The notes below the pieces were generated by a model. The model did not search any database. It was not told the origin of the DNA and saw only the letters and a list, made by a program, of their open reading frames with translations. This document shows, piece after piece, positions 48,124 to 57,643 of a stretch of 64,000 nucleotides of DNA; within the stretch, counting starts at the first letter, position 1; every line of letters starts with the position of its first letter. This DNA is from Bacillota bacterium (GTDB lineage: Bacteria > Bacillota > JAAYKD01): assembly GCA_963666425.2 (NCBI GenBank), contig OY762825.2:1760001-1824000 (forward strand), given 5' to 3'. Made by a program: the position numbers and the translations under genes.

Positions 48124-49422
48124 TTATAATTCACCCAGATAAGCAAGCAATCGGTAAAGAACAACAGCGGCTTCCTGTCTCGTGCTGCTGCGCAGCGGAG
48201 CAAACTCGAAGTTTACTCCCTGCATGATACCGGCATTGGAAACAAAATCGACTGCTTCCAGCGCGTAATCCGAAATAGTAGCCTGATCATGGAACCGGAC
48301 GGCAGTATGATTCGTTTTTGGTGTGCCTTTCTTATACTGGAAGAGTTGGTAGGCGAGGATGGCCATTTGTTCTCTGCTGATTGCCGAATTGGGAGAAAAT
48401 TGCTGATTACCGTTGCCGCTGACTAAACCCAATTCAAAAGCGCTTTGGACTGCTGTGGCATACCAGGCATCTGCAGGCACATCATGAAAAGCCATCGTGC
48501 TGTGGGATTCTTCACGGTAAAGCGTGCGGGTCAGCAGCACGGTAAATTCCGCCCGCGTGATCGTTGCTTCCGGCTGGAAATTCTGTTCAGTGACACCCAT
48601 GATCAAACCGCGGGACGCAAGCACATCAATTTCGTCTTTTGCCCACTCGCTGGTCACATCACTGAAGCCGATATTTTGTTCGAAAGCGGCGAATTTGCTG
48701 AAATGCAGGGTCGGAACGGAAATTTGTCCGCTGATGGCGTTATATTTTCCGCCGATCAGCTGCCACTGTCGGCTGCTTTCCTCAAAATAGCAAATACTGA
48801 CTTTCCTGCTGTCAGTGATTTTGCTTCGGTCGAGCGGCAGGCTGATCGTTAATTCGTGCGTAAAATCCGCGGCGGGTGAACCGGCTAATGTGATAGAAAA
48901 ATTGTAACTGCCGGGAGACACCAAGTTTTCTTTGCTCAAGAATTCTTCGCTACGGATTTCAATCGATAATACCTGCGCTCCTGCCGATAGAAGATCGGCG
49001 AACCAGAGCTGCGGCAGGAAGAGATCTCCTTTACCGGTGATGATCTGCAAAGCCAATTGTTCCGCGAGCAACTGTTCGACCACAGCTTTGGATAATTGCA
49101 GGCTGATGCTGGCCTCTTCTCTGACTTCATTGGTTAGATCGAGGGTTGCAGTCAGGCCATCCGAACTGATCTGCGCCGGCTGCAGGTTTTCAAACAAAAA
49201 TACAACACTTTGACTGCCGTCTGCGAAGGTCTGGCGCTGAATCGAATAGTCGGGGATCTTTGTCTCTGCTTCAAAGCTGAATTTCTCTGGCACCGCTACT
49301 GCCGAATGCTCTGCTGCGGCAACTGCGGCTGCAGCGCGAGGCTGAAAATAGGGAAGCTGCAGATTCGAGGTTACGATCAACAAGGCCAGAATCAAACTGA
49401 CACTGCGCTTACATCGCTTCAT
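48124..49422 (-). CDS. Secreted protein with C-terminal SLH domains
   Basis: Signal peptide from MKRCKR; W..IGG..T.HFSKFA domain; SLH motifs ITRAEF, ISREQMA, STRQEAA. Confidence 0.85.
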   Translation of the reverse strand: MKRCKRSVSLILALLIVTSNLQLPYFQPRAAAAVAAAEHSAVAVPEKFSFEAETKIPDYSIQRQTFADGSQSVVFLFENLQPAQISSDGLTATLDLTNEVREEASISLQLSKAVVEQLLAEQLALQIITGKGDLFLPQLWFADLLSAGAQVLSIEIRSEEFLSKENLVSPGSYNFSITLAGSPAADFTHELTISLPLDRSKITDSRKVSICYFEESSRQWQLIGGKYNAISGQISVPTLHFSKFAAFEQNIGFSDVTSEWAKDEIDVLASRGLIMGVTEQNFQPEATITRAEFTVLLTRTLYREESHSTMAFHDVPADAWYATAVQSAFELGLVSGNGNQQFSPNSAISREQMAILAYQLFQYKKGTPKTNHTAVRFHDQATISDYALEAVDFVSNAGIMQGVNFEFAPLRSSTRQEAAVVLYRLLAYLGEL

Positions 49423-49552
49423 CTCATCACTCTTTCTGCCAATCGTATTGCGTTTTCGTACATATTCGCAAGGAAACCGATCAGTATATTTGTATATTGA
49501 CATAGAAACTCCAATTTTACCACAGTAAAATCAGAGTTTCAGTAGTCAAAGC

Positions 49553-50191
49553 TTAATTCAAGAGAATTTCTTGCAAAACAGAGGATAATTGCTCCGGGTT
49601 TTCCAGCATGGGTAAATGGCAGGAGTTTTGGATAAAGCGAAAATTGATTTTTTGCCTGATTTCCTCAGGCAGGTTCAGATCTTCCAGACGATTGGGGTAA
49701 TTTGCTTGCCCCCGATCGCCATAAATACCATAGATCGGCTGCCTTGTTTGACGGATCAGTTCCGTATAATCAAAGTCTTCCTGCAAAGATCTTTTCAAAT
49801 GATCGTTATAGAACGGCGCTTCTGTTTGGAACATGGCAGTGACGCTGGCGCCATACCGCTGCATGGCTGCCGGCAGCATTAAGTTACGATAAAACGCTTC
49901 GGCCGGTTTCAAATTTGATTCGATAAAGATGATTTTTTGGCAGGAAAAAACGGCCTTGGCTGTAAGTTCCAAGGCAATGAGGCCACCCATACTATGACCG
50001 ATCAGAAAATCATAAGCTTGATCACGATAATTGTTGGATACCCACTCAGCGAGATCGCTCACCCGATTCGCTTGCTTCAGCAGCGCATGCGGATACGCAG
50101 CCAGGGTCAGATTCAACTGAGATAAGGATCCCAGCAGCGGCTGCCAAAGATCCGTCGTACAATAAGCGCCATAGAGCAGCAGAGCTTTCAT
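49553..50191 (-). CDS. Alpha/beta hydrolase
   Basis: GHSMGG nucleophile elbow, C-terminal CHLPM.ENP. Confidence 0.85.
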   Translation of the reverse strand: MKALLLYGAYCTTDLWQPLLGSLSQLNLTLAAYPHALLKQANRVSDLAEWVSNNYRDQAYDFLIGHSMGGLIALELTAKAVFSCQKIIFIESNLKPAEAFYRNLMLPAAMQRYGASVTAMFQTEAPFYNDHLKRSLQEDFDYTELIRQTRQPIYGIYGDRGQANYPNRLEDLNLPEEIRQKINFRFIQNSCHLPMLENPEQLSSVLQEILLN

Positions 50192-50466
50192 TTTGTCCTC
50201 CCATTGCCTATCTTTTTTTGTATTCTATCGAATGCAAATATGTCATGTCCTAATCGGTCCGATCGAATACCGGTGATGATTCGATTTAATACACCGTAGA
50301 TCGCTTTTGCTGAACATCGTTCCTGCCAATAGAATTCGCTTTCAAGCTCATTGAATCCTGGCGTGGGCAGACAATTTTTTTTGATCTTGCGATGATCGCT
50401 TTGCTTTCTCTATTTTCGTGCTATAATAAAGTATCATTCAAATAGTCTGGGAGGTGGAATCGATTC

Positions 50467-52113
50467 ATGAATGTCCAATTTTTAGGTGCGGCAATGTCTG
50501 TTACAGGATCTTGTTATTTGGTTACTATCGATCAATACAAATTTCTCTTGGACTGCGGTCAATTCCAAGGCAGCGAGAGCTTGGAGAAATTGAATTTTGA
50601 ACCATTTAGCTTTCAACCGGCTGAGATCGATTTCATGATTTTAAGCCATGCCCATATCGATCACAGCGGCAGAATCCCTCTGCTGACCAAGCGCGGATTC
50701 CGTGGCAAAATTTACTGCACGGAAGCGACCGCCGATTTAGCCGATATTATGCTGCGAGACAGCGGTGGGATTCACGAACAGGAAGCGGAATGGGCTAATA
50801 AAAAAGCGCTGCGCACCGGAGAAGCGCTGGTGCAGCCGCTTTTCACGGTCAATGATGCCGTGGCTTCACTGAAGTATTTCCAGCCGCAGCCTTACGATCA
50901 GACGATAGAGGTCAACGCGGAGATCAGTTTCCGGCTGCGTGATGCGGGTCATATTTTGGGTTCGACGATCGTCGAATTGTGGCTCAGAGAAGGCGGCAAG
51001 AGTACGAAATTAGTTTTTTCCGGTGATCTTGGCCAGAAGAATAAACCGATTTTAAAAGATCCTGCTATTATTGAGGAAGCAGATTATCTCATCCTGGAAA
51101 CAACCTATGGTGACCGAGTGCATGAGCCAATGAAAAACAGTTTGGAACAATTCAAACAAATTATCCTCAAGACCATCCGGCGAGGCGGCACGGTGGTCAT
51201 ACCATCTTTTGCGGTGGGGAGAACTCAGGAATTGATTTATGAACTGAATCTGTTTTATGAACAGGATGCCGAATTCAAACGGATTATGGAAAACATCATG
51301 GTCTATGTCGATAGTCCCATGGCAACCAGCGCGACAGAAATCTTCCGTAGAAATGCGGATGTCTTTGACGAAGAAACAAAAGCGATGATCCGCCAAGGGG
51401 ATCAACCGCTGGATTTTAAAAATTTAAAATTTACGAAATCCAGTGAAGAATCAAAAAAACTGAATGATATCGTAGAGCCAAAGATTATAATTTCCAGCAG
51501 CGGCATGTGCAACGCCGGTAGGATCAAACATCATCTGAAACATAATTTATGGAATCCGAAAACCAGTGTGATTTTTGTCGGCTACCAAGCCCCGGGGACG
51601 CTGGGCAGATCCATCGTCAGCGGAGCCAAGGATGTGCATATTTTTGGTGAAAAGATCCATGTCGGTGCGGAAATCAATAGTTTTGATAATTTTTCCGGGC
51701 ATATCGACAGAGAAGGTCTGCTGCAATGGCTGCAAGGATTTAAGAAACTGCCCCACAAGACGTTTTTAGTGCATGGCGAAGCGGGAGCCAAACAAGCATT
51801 CGCCGACTGGATCAAACAGAAACTGGGCTATGAGTGCACAGTGGTTACGCGGGTTTCGGAATACGATCTGAGTGCAGACACCGAAGTGGAACTGGCGCAG
51901 CCTGAACGGGCAGTCTCCCGGCGCGGGCAGATGTTAGATGTCAGCGCAAAATTGAGCGGCGTCCGTCAGGGTTTGGATACTACCTTAAAGCAGCTGCAAC
52001 TCGGCAGCAAGCAAGAAATTACAATCGATCGGCTGGATGAAGTAACGAAAGCGCTGATTGATCTGCAGGATGCAACGGCCAGACTGCAAAAATTGATCGA
52101 AAAGAAAGCCTGA
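50467..52113 (+). CDS. MBL-fold beta-CASP ribonuclease-like protein
   Basis: VTGSC, SHAHIDHSGR, AGHILGS, SGDLG, ETTYG, FAVGRTQE, FSGH, VHGE. Confidence 0.92.
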   Translation: MNVQFLGAAMSVTGSCYLVTIDQYKFLLDCGQFQGSESLEKLNFEPFSFQPAEIDFMILSHAHIDHSGRIPLLTKRGFRGKIYCTEATADLADIMLRDSGGIHEQEAEWANKKALRTGEALVQPLFTVNDAVASLKYFQPQPYDQTIEVNAEISFRLRDAGHILGSTIVELWLREGGKSTKLVFSGDLGQKNKPILKDPAIIEEADYLILETTYGDRVHEPMKNSLEQFKQIILKTIRRGGTVVIPSFAVGRTQELIYELNLFYEQDAEFKRIMENIMVYVDSPMATSATEIFRRNADVFDEETKAMIRQGDQPLDFKNLKFTKSSEESKKLNDIVEPKIIISSSGMCNAGRIKHHLKHNLWNPKTSVIFVGYQAPGTLGRSIVSGAKDVHIFGEKIHVGAEINSFDNFSGHIDREGLLQWLQGFKKLPHKTFLVHGEAGAKQAFADWIKQKLGYECTVVTRVSEYDLSADTEVELAQPERAVSRRGQMLDVSAKLSGVRQGLDTTLKQLQLGSKQEITIDRLDEVTKALIDLQDATARLQKLIEKKA

Positions 52114-52198
52114 TTTTTCTGTCGTGCCGGCAGCCGGTTTTTAAAACCGGTTGCTGCGTGTGCTTTTTTTGACAAGCTGCATTCGTGCTCGATGCAGC

Positions 52199-52248
52199 TT
52201 GTCTTTTTTTCAACTCTGTAGTATAATAAACGCAAATGAGATGCGTTT
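52199..52248 (+). promoter_or_regulatory. znu promoter with adjacent inverted repeat (candidate Zur box)
   Basis: TTGTCT-17-TATAAT followed directly by AAACGCA-N7-TGCGTTT. Confidence 0.55.
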
Positions 52249-52281
52249 GCATTTATGATTGATCTACAGGAGAGAAGCAAA

Positions 52282-53160
52282 ATGGAAAAGTGGTTAAAAA
52301 GTAAAGCAGTGCGGAGTGCGCTGTTTGTCATGCTCCTTCTGGCGCTGGCTGGATGTAATACCTTGCCAAAAACAAAAGAAGTTGTTGACGGTAAACTAAA
52401 AGTCGCTGTCAGTATTGTGCCGGAACAAACGTTTGTGCAGGCGGTTTGCGGCGATTTTGTGGACATTATTACGATGATCCCACCCGGCAGCAGTCCGGAA
52501 ACATACGAACCCACCCCACAGCAAATGCAGGAATTCAGTCAAGCCAGTCTTTATTTTTCGATTGGCGTACCGACCGAAGCAGCGAGCATTTTACCGAATG
52601 TGGGTAAGATCAAAGTGGTTGATTTGGCGGCGGCAGCCGCCGCAGTTTATCCCGATCGGACGTTTGCAACCGGTGAACGGGACCCGCATATCTGGCTGTC
52701 ACCCCGAAGGGTTGTGGTCATGATTGAAACAATTGCGCGGGAAGTCAGCGAGCTCGATCCGGCGCATCAAGCCATTTATCAAAGCAATGCGCAAAGCTAT
52801 ATCAAGGAATTGCAGGCATTGGATCAGAAAATCAGCGCTGCGGTGGAAGCGTCGCAAATCAAGAAATTCATTGTCTATCATCCGGCTTTTGGCTACATTG
52901 CAGAAGATTACGGCCTCACCATGTATGCGCTGGAAGAAGAAGGCAAGGAAGCCACCGCGAAGCATCTGCAGGAAATGGTGGATCTTGCCAAGCAGGAGAA
53001 TATCAAAGTCATTTTCTATCAGGAGGAGATCGACAGTCGGCAATCCGAAGCGTTTGCTGAGGAAATTGGCGGCACTACGAGGAACCTAGCGCCATTGGCG
53101 GCTGATTACATTAAAAATCTCGTAAGTATGGCGGAAGCGATTGCGGGGGTTATCAATTGA
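52282..53160 (+). CDS. znuA: Zn/Mn ABC transporter substrate-binding lipoprotein
   Basis: Lipobox LAGC, PPG.SPETYEP, DPHIWLSP, YHPAFGY. Confidence 0.9.
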   Translation: MEKWLKSKAVRSALFVMLLLALAGCNTLPKTKEVVDGKLKVAVSIVPEQTFVQAVCGDFVDIITMIPPGSSPETYEPTPQQMQEFSQASLYFSIGVPTEAASILPNVGKIKVVDLAAAAAAVYPDRTFATGERDPHIWLSPRRVVVMIETIAREVSELDPAHQAIYQSNAQSYIKELQALDQKISAAVEASQIKKFIVYHPAFGYIAEDYGLTMYALEEEGKEATAKHLQEMVDLAKQENIKVIFYQEEIDSRQSEAFAEEIGGTTRNLAPLAADYIKNLVSMAEAIAGVIN

Positions 53161-53930
53161 GCATAGCAGTTCATGTTGAAAATTTAACGGTCTATTACGG
53201 AAAAACACCGGCTGTCACCGAGATTAACCTGGATGTAGAAGATGGCGAATATCTCGGCATCATTGGACCGAACGGCGGTGGAAAATCGACGCTTTTGAAA
53301 GCGATACTCGGTTTGATTCCTATCACCAGCGGTGAAATAACAATTTATGGCAAACCCTTGGCGCAGAACCGGTCATTGGTCAGCTTTGTGCCGCAATTTT
53401 CTTCGATCGATAAATTGTTTCCCATCACGCTGCGTGAAGTGGTTTTATCCGGAAAACTGAAAGCCGAATTGAAACCCTTTTTCCGTTACAGTCGGCAGGA
53501 TAAAATGGAGGTGGAGGCACTTTTGCAGAAAGTCGGTATTCTCGAACTGGCGAACCGCCAGATAGCGGAATTATCCGGCGGTGAATTTCAAAAGATGCTG
53601 ATCGCTCGGGCGCTGGCGGTCAAGCCGAAGCTTTTACTGCTGGATGAACCGACTGCCAGTGTGGATACGAATTCCAGCAGTCAGATTTACAGCTTACTGG
53701 CCGATTTAAATCAAAATATGACGATTATTTTGGTGACGCATGATCTGCTGGCCATCTCTTCTCAAGTGCATCGGCTGGCTTGTCTGAATAATCATTTGGT
53801 TTATCATGGCGAGCCGGAATTAAGCGAGGGGGTTGTCAATACCATGTATGGCTGTCCTGTAGATTTGATTGCGCATGGCGTACCGCATCGGGTGTTGAAA
53901 GAGCATCAAGAGGGTTTGAAAAATGATTAA
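53157..53930 (+). CDS. znuC: Zn/Mn ABC transporter ATPase
   Basis: GPNGGGKS, LSGGE, LDEPT, HGVPHRVL tail. Confidence 0.9.
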   Translation: MSIAVHVENLTVYYGKTPAVTEINLDVEDGEYLGIIGPNGGGKSTLLKAILGLIPITSGEITIYGKPLAQNRSLVSFVPQFSSIDKLFPITLREVVLSGKLKAELKPFFRYSRQDKMEVEALLQKVGILELANRQIAELSGGEFQKMLIARALAVKPKLLLLDEPTASVDTNSSSQIYSLLADLNQNMTIILVTHDLLAISSQVHRLACLNNHLVYHGEPELSEGVVNTMYGCPVDLIAHGVPHRVLKEHQEGLKND

Positions 53931-54759
53931 TGCAATTTTACACTATCAATTTATGCAGAATGCTGCGATGGCTGGGATTCTGGCCAGTATCGTTTGCGGG
54001 ATTATCGGTGTGATCATTGTGGAGAAAAAATTGGTGATGATGAGCGGTGGCATCGCCCATACGGCTTACGGTGGGGTGGGCTTAGGCTATCTGCTGGGCT
54101 TTGAACCGATTCTGGGTGCCTTTTTCTTTGCCGTTTGTGCTGCTCTGGGCATCGGTTACATCAATCGCAAAGGCGGGGCGCGTGCCGACATCATCATTGG
54201 TTTGTTTTGGTCGCTGGGTATGGCTCTCGGTATTTTGTTTATTGCTCTGATGCCCGGCTATCCACCGGACCTTAACTCCTATTTGTTTGGTAATATTCTC
54301 TCCGTTACAAAATCGGATTTACGCTTAACTGCTGCCGCTGCCACTTTTGTTGCGCTGATTGTGATTCTGTTCTATCACCATTGGAAAGCATATTTGTTTG
54401 ATGAGCAATTTGCTTCTATCCTTGGAGTCAAGACATCTTTTCTGGAATATTTGCTGTTGATCTTGGTTGCTCTGACCGTGGTTGTGCTGATTCGGGTGGT
54501 TGGTATTATTCTTGTGCTGGCTTTGCTGACGGCACCTGCAGCAACAGCAGGATTGTTGTCTCAAAAGCTGCATCAGCGTATGCTGTATGCGATTTTGCTG
54601 GGCAGTATCTTTTGCATCGCCGGTTTATATTTATCTTATCAGTGGAATATCGCTTCCGGTGCAGTGATTGTGATCCTGTCTGTTGCTTGTTATTTTCTGG
54701 TCTATCTGATCCGGGCTGTCCGCGAGAGATGGCAGCGCCAGCGCATGGCGGTGCAGTAA
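53923..54759 (+). CDS. znuB: Zn/Mn ABC transporter permease
   Basis: GIAHTAYGG, YLFGNIL, VGIILV.ALL..PA motifs. Confidence 0.9.
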   Translation: MINAILHYQFMQNAAMAGILASIVCGIIGVIIVEKKLVMMSGGIAHTAYGGVGLGYLLGFEPILGAFFFAVCAALGIGYINRKGGARADIIIGLFWSLGMALGILFIALMPGYPPDLNSYLFGNILSVTKSDLRLTAAAATFVALIVILFYHHWKAYLFDEQFASILGVKTSFLEYLLLILVALTVVVLIRVVGIILVLALLTAPAATAGLLSQKLHQRMLYAILLGSIFCIAGLYLSYQWNIASGAVIVILSVACYFLVYLIRAVRERWQRQRMAVQ

Positions 54760-54787
54760 ATTAACCGCAGCGGAAAAGGGAGAACAA

Positions 54788-55234
54788 ATGCAGAATAGAA
54801 ATTACAACGAGGAACTAAAAAAAAGCGGACTGAAAAACACTAAGCAGCGAGCGGCGATTCTGGAAATACTAAAAAAAAGCGATCGGCCCATCACTGCCGA
54901 ACAAGTTTATATTGAGTTGAAAGCGGAAAATATCCCTGCCAATTTATCAACCATTTACCGTAATTTTTCTTTTTTGTGTGAAAAAGAATTGGTCAATAAA
55001 CTAGCAATTACAGGAGAAAACAGCACTTTTTATGAGATCAATCAGTTGTTGCATCGGCATTACCTCGTTTGTCTTGGCTGCAAAAAAGTTTTAGCAATTG
55101 ATGATTGTCCCTTGGAGCGATACGAAGCGCTGCTGGCAGAAGAAACGAATTTCGTCATCACCGGCCACAAATTGGATATTTATGGTTATTGCGCTGAGTG
55201 TCAGAAAAAAGGCTGCCTGCGGGCGGACAAATAA
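54788..55234 (+). CDS. zur: Fur-family regulator (Zur-like)
   Basis: GLKNTKQR, STIYR, HRHYLVCLGC, GYCAEC; located at the end of the znu operon. Confidence 0.8.
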   Translation: MQNRNYNEELKKSGLKNTKQRAAILEILKKSDRPITAEQVYIELKAENIPANLSTIYRNFSFLCEKELVNKLAITGENSTFYEINQLLHRHYLVCLGCKKVLAIDDCPLERYEALLAEETNFVITGHKLDIYGYCAECQKKGCLRADK

Positions 55235-55393
55235 AAATTCTTGACATGGGCTGTATTTAATCTATAATAAGCAGAGAAGCTGGGAATGAATCCAGAGAAA
55301 TTTGCAGTTATCGCTAGAAAATAAGAAAGATTCTATTTTCATGGAGTTCAATACCGATTTGGTATTGTCTATAAAAAGAGGAGGTGTTTTCCA

Positions 55394-55702
55394 GTGCCTG
55401 ATTTCGGTCAACCGTTTTCCGGTCTCGCCAAGAAACAAATGCTCAGCAAAGAAGAATTGATCCGGGCAATACGCTTCATGGTTGCGGGTGAGTATGAAGC
55501 AATTCAGCTCTATACGCAATTGGCAGAATCCACCGACAATGAACTGGCCATCGAAGTACTAAAAGATATTGCCGATGAAGAGAAAGTCCATGCAGGCGAA
55601 TTCTTGAGACTGCTGAAAGAATTGGCTCCCACCGAAGAAAAATTCTATGCAGAAGGCGCAAAAGAAGTCGAAACAGAGATCGCTAAGCTAAAAAAGAAAT
55701 AG
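55394..55702 (+). CDS. Short ferritin-like / rubrerythrin-type protein
   Basis: EYEAIQLY, DIADEEKVHAGEF di-iron motifs; GAGGAGGTG RBS with GTG start; upstream TTGACA-16-TATAAT at 55241-55268. Confidence 0.85.
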   Translation: MPDFGQPFSGLAKKQMLSKEELIRAIRFMVAGEYEAIQLYTQLAESTDNELAIEVLKDIADEEKVHAGEFLRLLKELAPTEEKFYAEGAKEVETEIAKLKKK

Positions 55703-55707
55703 GTTTT

Positions 55708-55755
55708 AAACAAAAGGGAAGAGAAGACCACCAGGTCTTCTCTTCCCTTTTGTTT
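55708..55755. terminator. Bidirectional terminator
   Basis: 22-bp stem AAACAAAAGGGAAGAGAAGACC-ACCA-GGTCTTCTCTTCCCTTTTGTTT. Confidence 0.9.
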
Positions 55756-55765
55756 TACCTTACGT

Positions 55766-56782
55766 CTAGACGATTCTTTGATAAAAACGGATGATAAAAC
55801 AGCATCCTCCGCTGAGCTGGTTCTCGGCCTTAATGGTTCCATTTTGTCGGTTGATAATGGCTCGGGCCAACGCTAAACCGATACCGATACTGTTTTCACC
55901 GGCATTTTTTCCTTTATAAAAACGTTGGAAGATGTACGGCAAATCAACCGGGTCAATACCGCTGCCGTTATCGCAAATTTTTATTTCGGCATACAAGGGA
56001 TTATGCAGACAGGCAGCAGTAATATTGCCGCCGTTCGGTGTGTGTTCCATGCAGTTTTTCAGAATATTACCGATCGCTTCCAGACTCCAGGCAAAATCGC
56101 CCCGAAAAGATGCGCCTTTGTCACCGCTGATCTGCAGGTTCTGATCACGCAGTTCCATTTGAATGGCCAAAGGTTTGGCCGCGCTGTTCAGCAGTTCGAT
56201 TGCTGATACCGGTTTTTCCTGAAAAACAGCGACACCGATGTCCAAGCGCGAGAATTTTAAGAGTGCGCTAATTAGCCAGTCCATCCGTTTTAAAAGTGCG
56301 GAAGCTTCCCGCAGTAATTGCAGATGTCTTTCTTCTGTAAGATCATCTTGATGTAAAAAAGAACAGATCAGCTGCAGCGAAGTCAGCGGTGTCCGCAGTT
56401 GGTGAGAGATATCCGCAATGGATTCTCCCAGCAGGATCTTATCCTGTTTCAGACTATCCGCCTGATCCCGCAGACGCAGCGTCATTTTGCTCAACTCACT
56501 TCTCAGGAGAGAGAGTTCGCCTTCTTCGTGATCCTCAATGTTCAAGGCATCTTCTCCATGCAGAATGCGATCCAGCAATTGACTTAAATCTGCGAGAGCG
56601 CGGTAGCGTTTCCGCGTGAAAAAAAGAGTGAGTAGGCAAAGCAAGGCAGAACTGGCGAGAACCAAGAAACCGGCTGGTTTTTGTAAATAGAATCCGTAGG
56701 TTGCTGCCAATAGGGTGATACCGATCCAACTGAAAAACAGCTGTCTCAATTCGGCATTGCGCCATAACAGGGACCATTTCAT
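55766..56782 (-). CDS. Sensor histidine kinase (intramembrane-sensing type)
   Basis: Two close TMs, ISHQLRTP, NILKNCMEH, DNGSG, GIGL. Confidence 0.92.
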   Translation of the reverse strand: MKWSLLWRNAELRQLFFSWIGITLLAATYGFYLQKPAGFLVLASSALLCLLTLFFTRKRYRALADLSQLLDRILHGEDALNIEDHEEGELSLLRSELSKMTLRLRDQADSLKQDKILLGESIADISHQLRTPLTSLQLICSFLHQDDLTEERHLQLLREASALLKRMDWLISALLKFSRLDIGVAVFQEKPVSAIELLNSAAKPLAIQMELRDQNLQISGDKGASFRGDFAWSLEAIGNILKNCMEHTPNGGNITAACLHNPLYAEIKICDNGSGIDPVDLPYIFQRFYKGKNAGENSIGIGLALARAIINRQNGTIKAENQLSGGCCFIIRFYQRIV

Positions 56783-56805
56783 GTCGCTTCCCGGCTTTCT
56801 TTTTT

Positions 56806-57475
56806 TTAGTCGTAACGGTAACCCAGTCCGCGTACTGTTTTTATGATGGTAGGATTGGACGGATCTTCTTCAATTTTTTCGCGCAGCCGTTTGATGTAAA
56901 CGGTCAGCGTATTATCATTGACAAATTCTCCGGCAATATCCCAGAGGTTTTCCAACAAACGGTTGCGGGATAACACGCTGCCTTTATGATTGAAAAAAAT
57001 CAACAGCAGTCGGTATTCTAGGGCAGAAAGATAAACTTCTTTATTTTGTTTTGTCACGGTTCCGCGTATGGTGTCGATTTGCAGATCACCCATGCAAGCC
57101 GGTATTTGCAGCTTTTCGTTTTTGCGCAGGGCGGATTTGAGGCGTGAGATTAATTCCATCGGTCGGAATGGTTTGGCAATATAATCATCACCACCCAAAT
57201 CCAATCCCGTCACCACGCTCACTTCATCGGCAGAAGCGCTGAGGAAGATCACCGGTGTATGACCAAGCCGTTTGGCAGCGGTGCAAACGGCAAAGCCATT
57301 GCCGTCCGGCAAAGTGACATCGAGCAGAATCAAATCGATTGGTTCCTGTTGTAAACAATGCAAAGCAGCCTGTTGGCCGGTGGCTGTCAGCACAGCAAAG
57401 CCTTCCTGATGCAAGCAGGGTTGTTAAATTATTGATGATACTCTGATCGTCTTCCACCAATAGGATCCGTTTCAT
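56806..57475 (-). pseudogene. OmpR-family response regulator with a +1 frameshift near 57414
   Basis: MKRILLVEDDQSIINNLTTLL (from 57475) and HQEGFAV..LLDVTLPDG..KPF..VRGLGY lie in different frames; junction ACC CTG CTT GCA TCA G versus expected CTG CAT CAG. Confidence 0.8.
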
Positions 57476-57595
57476 GGTTTCACTCCTTATGCTACGGGAT
57501 TCCCCTCATTTTCTGCCCAGCAACAGGCTCAGAAAGCGCAGGATAATTTCTTTATTCGTCAGTCAGAAAGGAAAAACCTTGGCAGCTGACTGAGC

Positions 57596-57629
57596 AAAAG
57601 CCTCAATGTGCCGGCACATTGAGGCTTTT
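57596..57629. terminator. Perfect 34-bp palindrome / terminator after the exporter operon
   Basis: AAAAGCCTCAATGTGCCGGCACATTGAGGCTTTT. Confidence 0.85.
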
Positions 57630-57643
57630 CTGGATTAGTGGAA

